Positions 1 through 13,596 of a stretch of DNA of 64,000 bases are shown here, one piece after another. Positions within the stretch are counted from its first letter, which is position 1, and every line of letters starts with the position of its first letter. The position numbers were made by a program, and so were the translations under genes. The DNA lies in the NCBI RefSeq assembly GCF_009914755.1, contig NC_060929.1, one strand, 5' to 3'. The notes below the pieces were generated by a model. The model made no database searches, was not told where the DNA came from, and worked only from the letters and a program-made list of their open reading frames with translations. The stretch comes from the human T2T-CHM13v2.0 reference genome, Homo sapiens.

Positions 1-59
1 TCCATCAGTATTGCCAGTGCCTTCGTTGAGACAGGTCATCTTTGTGGTTAAAGTTTGAA

Positions 60-200
60 GTCCCTGAGATAAGACTATCTGGGTTTTAATACTAGTTATG
101 CTAACAGACAGACCTTGGGTGAGTTAGTTACTCTTTCTGGGCCTCAGTTTCCTCAACCATAAAATGAAAATATTAATGCTACCCATTTAGTAGAGAGAGA
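60..200 (+). mobile_element. MIR SINE fragment
   Basis: MIR core-like gaccttgggtgagttagttactctttctgggcctcagtttcctcaaccataaaatgaaaata; boundaries approximate. Confidence 0.7.
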
Positions 201-1428
201 TTCCACAGGCCTAGTTGGTGGCCAGGGAACCCTGGGATAATAAAAGCAATCGGACATCTTGGGAACCAGGTAATCTCCTAACATTCCAAAGATACCTGCT
301 GTCCCCTCTCAACGCCATACAGTGTGTGCCAGTAGATTATAAACTGCATAAGGAAAGAGATGATGTCTGCTCTCCTCCATATCCCTGGCTCCTGACACAT
401 AAGAGGATCATAAACGCACTTTGCAAAGCAAATGCCAGCTCTGGAATTCTGCAGCAGCCTGGAGACCAGACCCTGCACATCAAGGCCCAGTGGAAAACTA
501 ATGATTTCTCCCCCGCAGACCTGCCTAGCGAAGGGCCCCGTGGAGCTTGGCTGGCGAGAGCATTCTTCATTCTCCGCATGTCCCTGGCTCTCCCTCTCTC
601 TCCCCACCTCCGCAGCCTCCCAGTCAAGCTATTGTGCATCTCCTGCTCTCTGTGTCTCGCTGCCTGGGTCCCTTTCTGCGCTGCTGCCTAAGCATTGTCT
701 GTGATGTCTTTAGTGTGAAAGGTGATTCACAGAAATAAATTGCATTGTGTTTTAGGTCCATAGCAATCTACCTCTGTAATCATGTCTGTAAGGGACTTCA
801 TAATAGTGTGAGGGCCTTGGTGTCAGAACCAGGGTCTCCAGTGGCTTCAAGACAGATAAGTGCTGCAACCAAATGCACATTCAGCCAGTGAAGTTGCAAG
901 TTAGAGGTGAAGATGGAGGTGCTGCTGCTATGAAGCAACCATACTCTCAGCCCTTTTATCCGCAGGTTGATAAAAATCAATCAAAACATGAGATGTGGTT
1001 TTTTGTTTGTTTTTAATAACCACTGGAAAACTAAGACTTGTTTAATAGAGTCTCAGCCAACAGCTTGTGCTCTTACCAGCCCTGTGATTAGACGAAAGGG
1101 AAAGTTCAAAGTGTCACCTAGAAGGGGGAGGCACCAAAGAAGAAGAGGCAGGGAGGTGATACAGTGAAAGGCAAGGAGGAGCTGGGCTGGAATCTGAGAA
1201 ACCTGAGACTGATTTGTTCTAATCATCATCCTATGTGATGGTGGAAGATAAGAACCACAGATTCTGGAAGGAAATTGATGGCATAGACTCAACAACAGTG
1301 GGATGAATATTTATACACAATAAAAGGGGGGCAAGCTGGTTCTCCCAAAATATTTAGAAATGATGGGAAGTAGGGGGAATTGTGCTCCCTTGATCACATT
1401 ATTCAGAAGTGACTGCATTCTTATGGCA

Positions 1429-1492
1429 TTTTTAACAGTTTATTGAGATATAATTTATATGCCATAGAGTTTACTTATTTAAAGTGTATATC
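1429..1492 (-). mobile_element. L1M (L1MB-like) 3'-end fragment
   Basis: tttttaacagtttattgagatataatttatatgccata...ttaaagtgtata resembles the reverse complement of the L1MB 3' terminus. Confidence 0.65.
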
Positions 1493-3699
1493 TCATGACA
1501 TTTTAAGGTGATATATTGTTAAGTCTATGACAAAAAGATTTAAAGGAAGCAATGTGAAACAAAGACCACAAGATGAGTAGAGAGGCTGTCAAAGGTGGAG
1601 GGGTGTTTTTTTAATGTGTCTGCTTCCCCAGCAACTGGTAGATCTGCCCTCATCCCACCTCCCACCACCCAAGGTCTGGCTATGCCTGCAGGTTCACTAC
1701 ATGAAGTAAGAATAGGTGGCTCTTAGTCAGCTCACAGGACACTCACACAGCTAAATGCTAGGAATCCCTCTGGGAGGTCTACTGCAATCTTGGAGGTTTA
1801 GAATTTGTTCCGCTTGAACTTTCAGATTATGAGTCCCACTGCACAGCCACCCACCCACCCTTTTTGTGTGACACTTGCGTTAGCACAACATGTCCCTATT
1901 TCTCCCTCTAATTAGGTCTTTACCAATTGATTTAGAGGCCATGTTCAGTTTCCATAAGCAATCAGGTACATCCTACAGGTGCGTTCATATGGTATCATTT
2001 GTCCTCATTCCTCTGGATGGTTATGATCCTCAAAACTACCTTACCTGTAACCTATACTAAAATATCTTAATCCTAGCATGTGTAATTCCAATGAAGTCCT
2101 TCCTCTTGAAAACTACTCTTGGTTCTGTTCTTGAATTATTTTCTGTCAATATCTTCCTTGGAATGACACTGGCTGGGTTTGTGAACTAATCAAACCTCAT
2201 GAAGGGGTAACTAGCTGGCCAGGGCTGAGAGAATGATTAAATTAGGTCACTGTTTCCTAAACACAACCCTTCTCCTATCTTCATGTATTTATCATATCTG
2301 TGCATTTACTTATATTTTCCTTTAACAAACATATTTTAATTAAAGTTATTTAAAAAGGAAACATATCAACTATTGCAAATAGAAAAACCAGTATCACTAT
2401 TAATAGGTAGAAGCTATAAAATTAAAACAAAGCATTGTTATTATATTCTAGCCATATGCCATTGCATTCATAGCGTTCTGAGCCTGATTCTTGCCTCTTT
2501 TTGTTTAAAATAAAAGGGAAATGGCAAGGTATGGAGATAAATAATTTACCAAACAGATTTTCTTTTTCACTTAATAGCAGGAATAAAAGGAAATTTAAAA
2601 TGAATGTGCATACACATTGTGAGTCTGTTGTTTAATGCCATTCTCACATTGGGAAATTCCACTCACCATACCTGGGTTCTAGTCTTTACTGAGCAATTAA
2701 ATTGCTATATGGCTAGCTCACCTTCTTGTACCTCAATTTGTACATATGTAGAATGAGGTTGGTGAGTTGAAATACAGAATTCCTTTAAACCCAAGTTTCT
2801 CAATGTTGCTCACGGGCAAGCTGCACCTGAATTTTCTGTGTAGGTATACTTGTTGAAAAATGTTAATTTCTAAGCTCCATCCAAGATATTCTGAAAAAGA
2901 ATTTCTGGAAATTTTTCCTGTTTTTATCATTTGTCCAGTTGACCATGGGATATTATAAGATTCAAACCATCACCTTAAAGCCTGTATGATAAACTGAAGA
3001 GTAGAACTGAACTGTGAATAGGAATCAAGAGGTCTCCGTTTCAGCAGCAACTTACAGTGTAAGCTTGCGCTCAGCTAACCACTCTCATTTCTCCATTTGA
3101 GCAGTCAGGTCACATTCGGAAGGCTCCAAGTCCCTTCCAATTCTACAAATACAGTGTTGGGTTGCTTTGTTCAAAGTTTTCTCTGAAAATCTGTGCTGAG
3201 GCCAGGTGCTTGGTAAGGTTGAAGGTAGAGATGGCCAAATGACAGCTGTGGTCTGTGGGGTGCATTGTCCCCTCTGGAAAGCCAGCCAGTGCACGTGGAG
3301 ACGAGCCAGAGCTGCCTCTGCCTGCCTTGCCTTAACAGCATATATCCTCCAGCAGGGCCAGCCTGATCGGGCAAGCATCTGCAGAAAGGCTTAGCGAGAT
3401 CTCTTGCAAAGTCAGCTTAGGCCCTGCTGAAGAGACAAGAAGGAAGACTTCTATGAATGCTAAGTGGGTAGAAAGGAAACTACAGCAGGGTCTGGCTTGG
3501 ATTAACTCTTCATATCCTGGATGCCCTGGATTGAGATCTGAGTCTATGACATGTGTGTCTTTTTCAAACTGCCTCCTAATGAAACACATATATCCATCAT
3601 CCAGAGACTAAAAACTAAGTCTCAACCTGAACTTCATGGCCCCCCAGAGCACTCCTAGCCTGTCCTCTCTGCCTCAACTCCCATGGTTGGCCAACTGGT

Positions 3700-4170
3700 T
3701 CATTGATCAACTGATTAATTCATCCACCAATTATTTTTGAGACAACCACTCTGGGCCAGACCCTATGTTAGTTACTGAGAATATACTTGTGACCAAGATG
3801 AACAAGGTCTCTTTTCTCATGAAATTTAAGGGAAAAAATAAACAAATAAACGGGACAATCGCAGATGGGGGAAAGTGCTTTAGAGGGAAAGAATAAGGTA
3901 AAGCGATAAAGACTAGCAAAGGGGAGGCCTGTCAAAAGAGGGGACATATGAGACCCAAAAAAGGAGAAAAACCCAGTCCTACAAATATTGTGGTAATGTT
4001 CCAGGCAAAGGGAAGAATCTATACAAGCCTCTGAGGCAACAAAAGGCTTGAGTAGCTTTGGGAATTGAATGAACGTTGGTGTGGCTGGAGCTAAGTAAGA
4101 TAAAGTAAGAATGATATGAGATGATGTAGGAGAGGCAGGCAGTACCCAAAACCTACAGGACCCGGGAGGT
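3700..4170 (-). mobile_element. L2 LINE 3' relic
   Basis: ttcatccaccaattatttttgag...ccagaccctatgttag...gtggctggagc, typical antisense L2 3' region. Confidence 0.65.
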
Positions 4171-4810
4171 CACAATTCCCATTTCCAGGCTCTTCTCTTC
4201 AGCCTAACTGCAATACATTTTTTCTTGAGCATACCTCTACTTTCCCACTGCCTTCATTTTGCATGTGCCTAATGCTTTTGTCTGGCATAACTTGGCCCCT
4301 AATCACAGTATAAGCAAATTCTTCCTCCATTCTTTCGTACCCAGCTCAAACATTACCTCCTTCACAGAGCTTGTCCTAAATACCACATTTATGCTGAGTA
4401 GACATGAGCTTTTCCTTCTTCTGACCACTCAACTTCCCCTGAGCTTCATTTACTCTTTCTCTTTTGTTCTCATTCCCAAGATTAACTTGCAGTCTAAAAG
4501 TTCCTTGTGGGAAGAGGAAAGGACCTAATATTTGAAGGACACTATTTGTGCCAGGTGACATGCTAGGAGCTTCATATATCCCATTTCATTCATGACTATA
4601 GTCTTGTAAATTAGGTGTTATTAGCCTCATTTTAGAGGTAAGAAACCAGTGTTAAATTACTTGAACTACAGCACAAAACTACATGATGCAGGTATTAACT
4701 CTAAATTCCCTCAGTATACCTAGCATTGCCCCTTGCTCATCATTAGTACTAATTTCTCGAAGTGACTATACACTCTGGCAACTTCTAATCCTCATTTAAG
4801 ACCAAGAAAA

Positions 4811-5164
<354 letters not shown>

Positions 5165-6054
5165 TCATCCTGCAACTTGAACTTTGGGCATCACCTTGAT
5201 CCCTGATACCTACTTCTCTTCATCCCAATCTGCTCTGTCCTTCTGGGCCAGCCTGTTCTTCCTGATGATAAATAAGTATTGAACCTGAGCCTATTATACC
5301 CCAGGCCTCAGCTGAAGTGTCTATCCCAAAGTGCTTGATGTTCAAAGAGTAGCTCTAACCAAACTTTCCCCATCCAGAAGGATATCCAAAGACAAACTCA
5401 TTGTCTATAACACCAAGAGATAGAACCCCTATAAGTCAAACTTCTATGCCTCCCCTACATTCTCCACTTTGTAGAGAGATATTCAAATCCTCTCTTTTCC
5501 TGTTAATTACTGAGCAGCTGTGGAATCAGCATGGATCACAATTCTGCCTTCCTTTTGAAGGAATAACATGCAAGCAGGAGTTGCCACATTGTGATCATGG
5601 ACTTACTTCAGATGTATAATAAATGACATCCCATGAGAATGGCTTGACAGCAGCTGATGGCACTTGGCAAAGCATTCTTTATTTGCCATAGGATGAAATT
5701 ATCACTTTACTAAGAGTAAGTGTTTACAAGCAACTGGAGATCAGGAACTAGAGAAAATAATTCCATGTCCCAGATTGAAGGTTTACAGCAGATATACAGT
5801 GGAGTGAACTAGCAATCACAGAGTCTAGTCTTTGCTCTGCCATTTGCTAGCTATGAAGCCTTGGCTAACTTCATTTCATTTTCTATGATTCATCTCATGG
5901 TACCTCCTCCTAGAAGATTTCCTTAACCACTTCCTCTTCTCCCAGTCTGGCCAGGTGGCCCTCCTATGTCCTTCCATAGTGCCTTTTTTTTTCATTTATC
6001 ACATTATATTATAATAGTTATATAAACACTTTCGTCTCTCACTAAATTATGTGA

Positions 6055-6230
6055 GTAAAGTGTAGTGATTAAGAACAAGAATGTTATAATCAGACAGATA
6101 TGGGTTGGAACCAGGGTTTGGCTGTCATCTAGCTATCTGATAAAAATACACTTCTTAGAGCATTGTTATAAGGATTAAGCATACATAAAGCAATTAGCAT
6201 AGAGTATGGGTCATAAGTAGTAAATGTTTT
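6055..6230 (+). mobile_element. MIR fragment
   Basis: gtgtagtgattaagaac...atcagacagatatgggttggaacc...gcattgttataaggattaa...taagtagtaaatgtt. Confidence 0.65.
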
Positions 6231-6287
6231 GCCTTTTATTTTTGCCTTTATAGCCACAGTGGCTAGCGCAATACCTAGCACACATGG

Positions 6288-6472
6288 TAGGAGGGTTGGT
6301 GATGGTGATGGAGATGTGATGGAGGTGGTGGTGATCCTGGTGATACCTGAGTGGAGGTAATGGTGGCAATGTTGGAATGGTGACAATGTTGTAATCCCAG
6401 TGGTAATATTATAATGGTGGCAGTTGTGGTGGTGGTGGTGATGATGATGATAGTAACAAATGAGGATGATAA
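6288..6472. repeat. Degenerate (GGT/GAT)n low-complexity tract
   Basis: ggtgatggtgatggagatgtgatggaggtggtggtg...ggtggtggtgatgatgatgatag. Confidence 0.85.
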
Positions 6473-6477
6473 GAATC

Positions 6478-6700
6478 AACAGCTAACATTTGTAGAGAGT
6501 TTACTATTGTATATACAAGGCATGGTACTAAGTACTTGCATATATCTAATTTCATCCTTTTGACTTCTTTTAGATATGGCCAGTACTCCACATCTTTCAA
6601 GTGGGTGAACTGAGGTTTCAGAAGTTGAGTAATTTCCTGAGAGCCTACATTTAGTAAACTAACACAAAGTCAGAATTTGATACAGGCCATATGATGTCAT
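6478..6700 (-). mobile_element. MIR fragment
   Basis: acagctaacatttgtagagagtttactat...gaactgaggtttcagaagttgagtaatttcc. Confidence 0.7.
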
Positions 6701-6943
6701 CATATATATGTAAAGTGCTCAACTGTTGGTTACTTGAATGAGGAAGGAAAGAAGGAAGAAAGAGAAGGAGTGAGGGAGGGAGGAATTTACTTGTTTTCTA
6801 ATCTTAAGATTCCTTTTCTGAAAATAGAGATAATTCTAGCATTTATGGAAATCAAATGAGATTAAAAAAAGTCAAAGCTCTTTGAAAACTGTCAAGTCTT
6901 CTCTATGTACGAGGGCTAAACCGTCAGAGGCAGCTTCATAATT

Positions 6944-7260
6944 ACTCATTCATTCATTCAATAGATATTTGGTTTTCTGTTTTAGGCACTAGAATATAGT
7001 GGGCAAAACAAACTAAAGTGCCTGCCCTCAGTGAGTTTTCAGTCGAGTCTAGTGACAGACAAGCAAATGCCAGGTGAAATATATAGTCCTGTGGGAAAAA
7101 ATAAAGCATGGAGGGGGTGAGGGAATATGTGTGTATGTTGGGGGTGGGGTCACTCTTTAAATAGGGTGGTGAGGGAAGGCCTCTGATAAGGTGATATCTG
7201 AGCAGGGCCTGAAAAAGGTAAGCCAGGGAGTCACACAGAATCTGGGAAAAAAGTGTTTTA
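6944..7260 (-). mobile_element. L2 3' end
   Basis: cattcattcattcaatagatattt tail, cctgccctcagtgagtttt, ggtgagggaaggcctctgataaggtgatatctgagcagggcctgaa. Confidence 0.8.
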
Positions 7261-8794
7261 TATCCCACAGGGGAGTTTAAAAGTCAAATGAGGAATGATA
7301 TCACTGTGATAAGAATGCTAGGAATGGGATTATGCAGGAACCCCAAGGCCTGCTGCCAGTGACTATGCAGTCAAGTCAGTCTTTTCCTTGGTAACCTCCT
7401 CTGGTGGGGTCTCTGAAGGCTCAGTCAAGGTGTGATGTCCCAGGGGAGATACTATTATCTGAAAGCATGGTTCCTCTGGCAACAGGCAATGGGTCTGAGG
7501 GAGATATCTTCTATTCTCCATTCAACCATCCATGAGCATGATGACACTAGGCAGGTCATCTGTGCTCATGGCATCACCCCTTCCAGCTGGGAAAGACAAA
7601 GGAAAGTCAGGGAGGTTCTCCCCACATCAAATGGAAAAGTCCTGCTCCACCAGGGTCTATAATGAGATGGTTTATTTAAGTCTATAATGACCTAAGATAA
7701 AGTTAATTTACTTTATTCAGATTTACAGACATTACCAAATTACATAGGATTGCAAACACAGGAGAAGATAAAATAAATTACCAACCAGATTGAAGAGCTT
7801 AGAGAAATAGGTAAATAGTCATGGGAAGAGATTTAATTTAGATAAACCAAAGGCAGGATATCTGGAAAATGCCAAGGTCAGGGAAAAGCCGAGAGGAAAA
7901 GATAGCTAGTAAGATGGAAGAAACATGGAAAGGATTCAGAAAATGACGTTGGTGATAGTGAGTGTGGCCAGTATTATGATAAAGATAGAGGAAATGGGAA
8001 AGATATTACTGAAAAATATGGCTTCTCCTTAGAATCCCAAAATAAATGAGGTAATTTGTGGAAAGCAGTGCCAGACTGGATTCTGTGGTCTTAGTTCCAA
8101 GTCTGCTAGGAACTGCCTCTGCAACTTGGGAAAGCTTTTTGATTTTTTTCTAACCTTTAGCTTCCTCTTCTGTTATGACATACAATACGGTTCTAAGTCT
8201 AAATGTTTCTAGTTCTCTTGTGTTTAAGGAAGGCACCATGTGCTCTGAGGAGACCCTGAATCCATCCCTGGTCCTCCTGGCTGACCTTAATAGAAACATT
8301 GAAAGATGGAGATTCATGACAAGTAGTCAAACGGAAAGGCATTCATTTTGGAGATGGATCAAGGGTCCAGGCTCATCGGAGACACTGAAAAAGTTGAAAG
8401 GTTGCAAAATTGAGGGAGAACAACAGTTATGATAGTTCAGTATAACTGGGTTTTGCCAGAGGTTGTAGAAAAAAGTTAAAGATTGATTTGAAATGGTTGA
8501 GGGGTATGTACAATGCAGAAGGAGGGGTGAGTTAAATAAGACAATTTATAGGCTGGATGTCTTCAGGGACTGGGGGGAAGGTTGGGTATCTTTAAGATGG
8601 CATGGCAGTCTGACATACAGGAATAGTTGTATCCACTGCAAATCATAACCTTCTATGCATTTCAGGGTCGGCTTAAGGATATTTGCAAAGAACATACTGG
8701 AGGGAGAACATCAGACTTGTCCTAGTTGCTTGGGTCCCGGGTTAGTTCACCACTACAGCAATGTGGGAGCTAACTGCATGCTAAGCTTGGCATG

Positions 8795-9060
8795 CAGGGA
8801 TTGGCAAACCTTTTCTGTAAAAACCCAGATAGTAAATGTTTTAGATTTTGTGAGCCATACGGTCTCTGTCACAATTACTCAACTTTGCTGCTGGAGAGTG
8901 AAGGCAGCAACTGATTGGTCCCTCTTATAATTGAAGCTCCTGAGATGGCATTCTCCTGAATGATAATATTTAAATGAAGGCCATAGCTGTATTCCAATAA
9001 AACTTTATTTACAAACAGATAGCTGAATTTGGCCCACACACCATAGTCGGCCAACCCCTG
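8795..9060 (+). mobile_element. MER58A-like hAT-Charlie MITE with about 55 bp non-consensus internal segment
   Basis: Termini cagggattggcaaac ... gtcggccaacccctg; internal ttttctgtaaaaacccagatagtaaatgttttag and gttccaataaaactttatttac-like motifs. Confidence 0.8.
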
Positions 9061-9624
9061 TTTAAGGCATGATGGCCCTGCCTATTAGCAAATATGTCCT
9101 CATCAGTGTCCTGAAACATGTTCAATTTTATGTGTAACTCCTCCCTATTGGGAACAAAGTGAGGGCCAACAATTCTTTTCCAGTAGGTGGTCCAAAGAAT
9201 ATAATTACTGAGGCGTGTGTCACTGGAAATGCATTCCAATATAACAAACATCTTAGGTACTTAACTTGTTCATTGATGTTTGAGGATGAATTTGTAGGGG
9301 AACATTAGATGTTCGTATGATTGACCTATGTTGAAAGGAGACTTACTAAGGTAGAGGCAGGTTTTCACTTTCTCCAAGAAGGAAGAGTTGAAGAAGTCCC
9401 TTCAATCTAGAGGAATCATCATTGTGCAAACATCAGGGAAGAGATGGAGCAAAGTTAAATGGCTGGAAGTCACAGGGAGCTCTGTTATGGCTAGTTGTAA
9501 CACAGATTATGCACCTGGAGCTTTACATTTTATAAAATTTTTTGGAAGTGCTTTGTTACCTTACTTATCAGAAGATGCTAAAGTCATTCCCATAGGTTCT
9601 CCATGAATGAAGGAATTCAATAAT

Positions 9625-9900
9625 TATTACCGATGATGATAATTTATGCTTATTATAATGTAATGGTCATTAGCACAGCAGCAGCCATTCACTGAGGCAC
9701 TGTGCCCAGGGCTCCACAAGCATCATCTCAAGTTGTTCCAACAGTCATGGGAAGCAGGTATGGGGAACGTCTTACAGATGAAGAAATTGAGAGTCAGGTT
9801 TGATAATTGGCCCAAGGAAACACAGTTTATTATAAGTGCCAAAGTCAGGCCTCAAACTCAGCTCTGCTCCCACAGCTGACACTCCTAACCAACACATTGT
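9625..9900 (-). mobile_element. MIR fragment
   Basis: ttacagatgaagaaattgagagtcagg...aattggcccaagg. Confidence 0.65.
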
Positions 9901-10054
9901 CCTATTGCACAACTGCAGCATTCTTTCATTAGTGGGTATGTTAATGTGAAGAACCAGCACTTGGACCAGTGCCTTATAAGGATCCTTTGAAACCAAGATT
10001 TTATTGTGGTTGAAGGGCAGAGAGCTAAATCACCAAAATGTGTAAGTAGAGACA

Positions 10055-10162
10055 GACCAGAATGTAATCTCCATGAAAGCAATGTCCTTCTCTGTTTTTT
10101 AATTTTTTCACCATGTTATCCCTAGCACTTAGTTGTGTCTGATAAATATTTGAATAAATGCA
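10055..10162 (+). mobile_element. L2 3' terminus
   Basis: agaatgtaatctccatgaaagca...ccctagcacttag...taaatatttgaataaatg. Confidence 0.7.
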
Positions 10163-10230
10163 TCAGTATGTGAACATTATTTGGAATTATTTTTTCTTTT
10201 TAATATCAAAAATCTCATAACCACCTAGGC

Positions 10231-10451
10231 CAAGCTTAACCCGTGGGCCTCAGGCCGCATGCAGCCCAACACGGCTTTGAATGAGGCCCAATACAAATTT
10301 GTAAAGTTTCTTAAAACATTATGAGACTTTTTGTGTGATTTTTTTTTTAGCTCATCAGCTATTGTTAGTGTTAGTGTATGTGATGTGTGGCCCAAGACAA
10401 TGCTTCTTCTTTCAATGCAGCCCAGAGAAGCCAAAAGATTGGACACCCCTG
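10231..10451 (-). mobile_element. MER30 hAT-Charlie MITE
   Basis: caagctt...gctcatcagctattgttagtgttagtgta...gccaaaagattggacacccctg; 8-bp TSD-like flanks acctaggc/atctagcc. Confidence 0.9.
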
Positions 10452-11799
10452 ATCTAGCCTGTCTCAATGTCTAGGCTTTGAGACACCCCTGATCTAGGCT
10501 ATAGAAATGTCTCCTATTTCTCTCTCTTTTAACCACATAGTTCAATACCCTGGACACAGTAGGCACTTAAGGAATATTTGCTAAGGATGGGGCATGATAG
10601 CTGACCCTTAATAAATAAAGTGCTACATTGCTACAGTAATCAACAACCTTCTACCCTTCCTAGCTCCTGTGACAGATGCAACTACTTCTTATTCCCCATG
10701 TGGGAGTTGTAACTCAACACTTCTCTCCCCTATTTATGGATGCAGATTGGAAAATACATTAGAAAGGGAGAAGCCAAAATATCCTCTGATTTATAATCAG
10801 TACTTTGGTTGAAACTTTCATGACTATATTAGTAATAGCTAGTTACTTGTAACACAGTTTAGAGCCATTAATAAAATACCTCGTGGAACTTTTATGTGGC
10901 TCCATGTAGCAGAGCTCAGACCTGTGGAAGAACCTGGAGTAATTAGCTGGAAGGATGTTATCACAGTTAGCACCATCCAAAGAGTGAATCCACTGCAGAG
11001 TGAACTAATGAGCCCTGGTCTGAGAGACACTGAATCAGAGGTGACCAGGAGTCAGGTATAGAGGGGCTATACTAGGTATAGGTCAGATATAATTATCACT
11101 AAAGCCCCTTTAAAATATAAACGTCCTAGATTTTTGACATACCCCATGTCTCCATTTATTGTGACATTGTCTTTTGGTAAATGAACCCCTTCTCATAAAA
11201 AAAATTTTTGTTGAAATATAATATACATCACTTGCATGAATTTTTACTCCTGCTTGAGCAGGCTGAGCCTGGTTGGTAATGTTAGCAGGATCTCAGTCTA
11301 TGGCAGACATACTGACTCTTCCTTTGCTTTTAAGGTGCTGTGATTTCAACTAACAGAATTCATGTTGTATTAGACCACATAAGCTCATGTCCTGGAAAGA
11401 GAGCCACCTTGCCAACCAGTTCATAAAAATTAGCTCAGCACTTTCTCGTGAGCTCCGCATGGTCCTGGGATGGCCTGAGGTGGGTCCCAGCAATATGTAT
11501 TTTTTAAAAATCTTCTCAATTGTGAAACACAGTTCTGAAATAGAACTTCATCATTTGGGGTCTGCAAGGCGAATGGTGTTGTACCATTGTATTCACAAGT
11601 AAACTGAGACCCAGAGACTAAATGTCCCTGTTGTCAGAGGTACAGCAGTAGTTAGGGGCATATTTGGGACTAAAATTCATATTAGTTTTCTCTAGATACA
11701 GAAATATTTCAATCAGGCCAATTTTTATACAAAACTAACTTCAGGACTGATGGTTTAGCCAGTTGTTGGTCAGTTATATGTGTAGGTTTGTGTGTTATT

Positions 11800-12180
11800 G
11801 TTATAAAAAGCAGTATCCTTTCAAATTATATGAGGGATACATGTTTATCATGGGAAACTATAAAATGTGAGAAAAAGGGGAATAGAATCAAAGTATCTAT
11901 CATTGCACAACTCTGAGATAACCCTCTTATTATGTTGCTATATGTCCCTTTAGACCTGCTATTCATATGTTGGGTTTTTTATTATTTTCTAAGACTGGGA
12001 TTATGGTGTATGCACAGTTTTTCATTCTTCACTGTTATTATATTATGAGCATCTTTCATGTTAATAAATAGGCATTCACACTAGCTCTTAAATAGCTATG
12101 TTGAATTCCTTGATGTAATATATCATAATGTGTTCAACAGAGTTTATTGGATGTTTAGGATGTCTGTGTATTTTAAAAAC
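11800..12180 (-). mobile_element. Old L1 (L1ME/L1MC-type) 3' relic
   Basis: gagataacc...ctgggattatggtgtatgcacagtttt...atattatgagcatctttcatgttaataaata...ttggatgtttagg. Confidence 0.55.
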
Positions 12181-13596
12181 AACAAACTTGAGTAAATACT
12201 ATACAACTTCTAAAGCTCAGAAGTGAGATATTTAGGTAGCAAACAGCTCTGATGAACTTAAAGAGTTAACAATCAGCTAACCAGAAAATGAGCTCCCCCT
12301 CCTTTCAACCAGGTTAAAACCTGGTTCTTTCAACCAGGCTGGATAATTGAGATGGTACACATTAATGATCCCTGTTCTCATCATTGTTCAGTGCCAGGCA
12401 TGGCCAACACTTTGAAATATTAGTAATCAGGCTCACTGAGTTTATTTTCAGGTTTGAAACAGAGCTCTGCAGAATACATTATTACTTGTGGATCCTTGAG
12501 ACTTCTCTGCCACCTCCAAGAGCAGAAGCAGGGTCTTCTGAGGTTAACAGTCACCACTGGGTTTTAATCAGGAAAAAGAAAGAAAGCCATAAATTTAAAC
12601 TCTGAAAAACTCAGTACCCACCCAGAAACAGCAACAAAATCAGATTGGAGTCTGGAAGAAAGGTCCTCTAGACTTGAGAAAGTTCAGGGTGAAATTGGGT
12701 TTATTGTGGGTCTGAGATCAGAAAGTAAAATTCTAAAGAGCTCAAGGTAACAACATCCAAAAAGTGGGCAAAAATGGCCAAAGAATGGACTGTGGTATTT
12801 TCTGGGAAAGAAAACGATTTCCCCTCCCTTTTCAAAAATTTTCCAGGAAACTAATTGTCAGGCAACCCACTTGTAGAATGGAAGCATCTCTCAAAGTGAT
12901 CTAGAAATTCCAAGATTTTTTTTCTACTGTTATGATGCCCAGGGGAGATAGAAGGGTGGCTTGCAAAGTGGACTCAGGTCTGCATTCCAAAACTGCCTTC
13001 ATTCCCTTTATGTGGGACTAAGAAAATTATATTATCCATCTAGGCATTTGTCCTCCATCCATTAAATAAGAAGTAGAGAGGCGTTACAGTACTCATCAAG
13101 AATTCCAGTTCTATCGCTTACTATCGGTATGAAATTGGATCATCTCTTTAATCTCTTTGAGTCTCAATTTCCAGTCTTTAAAATAGAGACAAAAATATGT
13201 TCCTTAGAAGATTGCATTGAATATTAAAATACAATGAGCTATAGAGAAAGCTTAGGCTAGGATCTGTGACATGGTTGGTGTTTAATAATTACAGGATTCA
13301 GCAGGTGTTTTATTTTTTTTTTCCTTTCCAGCTCCAAATTATTCTATGTCAGGTGTTAGGGGTATATAGATATGCTAAGATATGTTCATTTCCCACCAGG
13401 GAGTCGAGTCCACTGTGGGGTAAAGACGTGTACACACAGCTGTCCTAGAAGATCAAGAAGTAGAGAGCTGTGTCATGAAGGCTCTCCAGGGGTGAATGGG
13501 AGAGGCTAACAGTAGAGGCAGGCATTGGGGTGGGCTTTAAAAGATGAAAAAAAAAATTAAGGCAGGGTAGGAGCAGAAGCACTCAGATAAGGAAAA

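Noticed and set aside
215-704. Several overlapping 60-158 aa ORFs on both strands
   Set aside because: No recognisable domain; explained by locally higher GC content
6129-6479. Poly-His/Thr ORF
   Set aside because: Translation of a (GGT/GAT) low-complexity tract running into MIR
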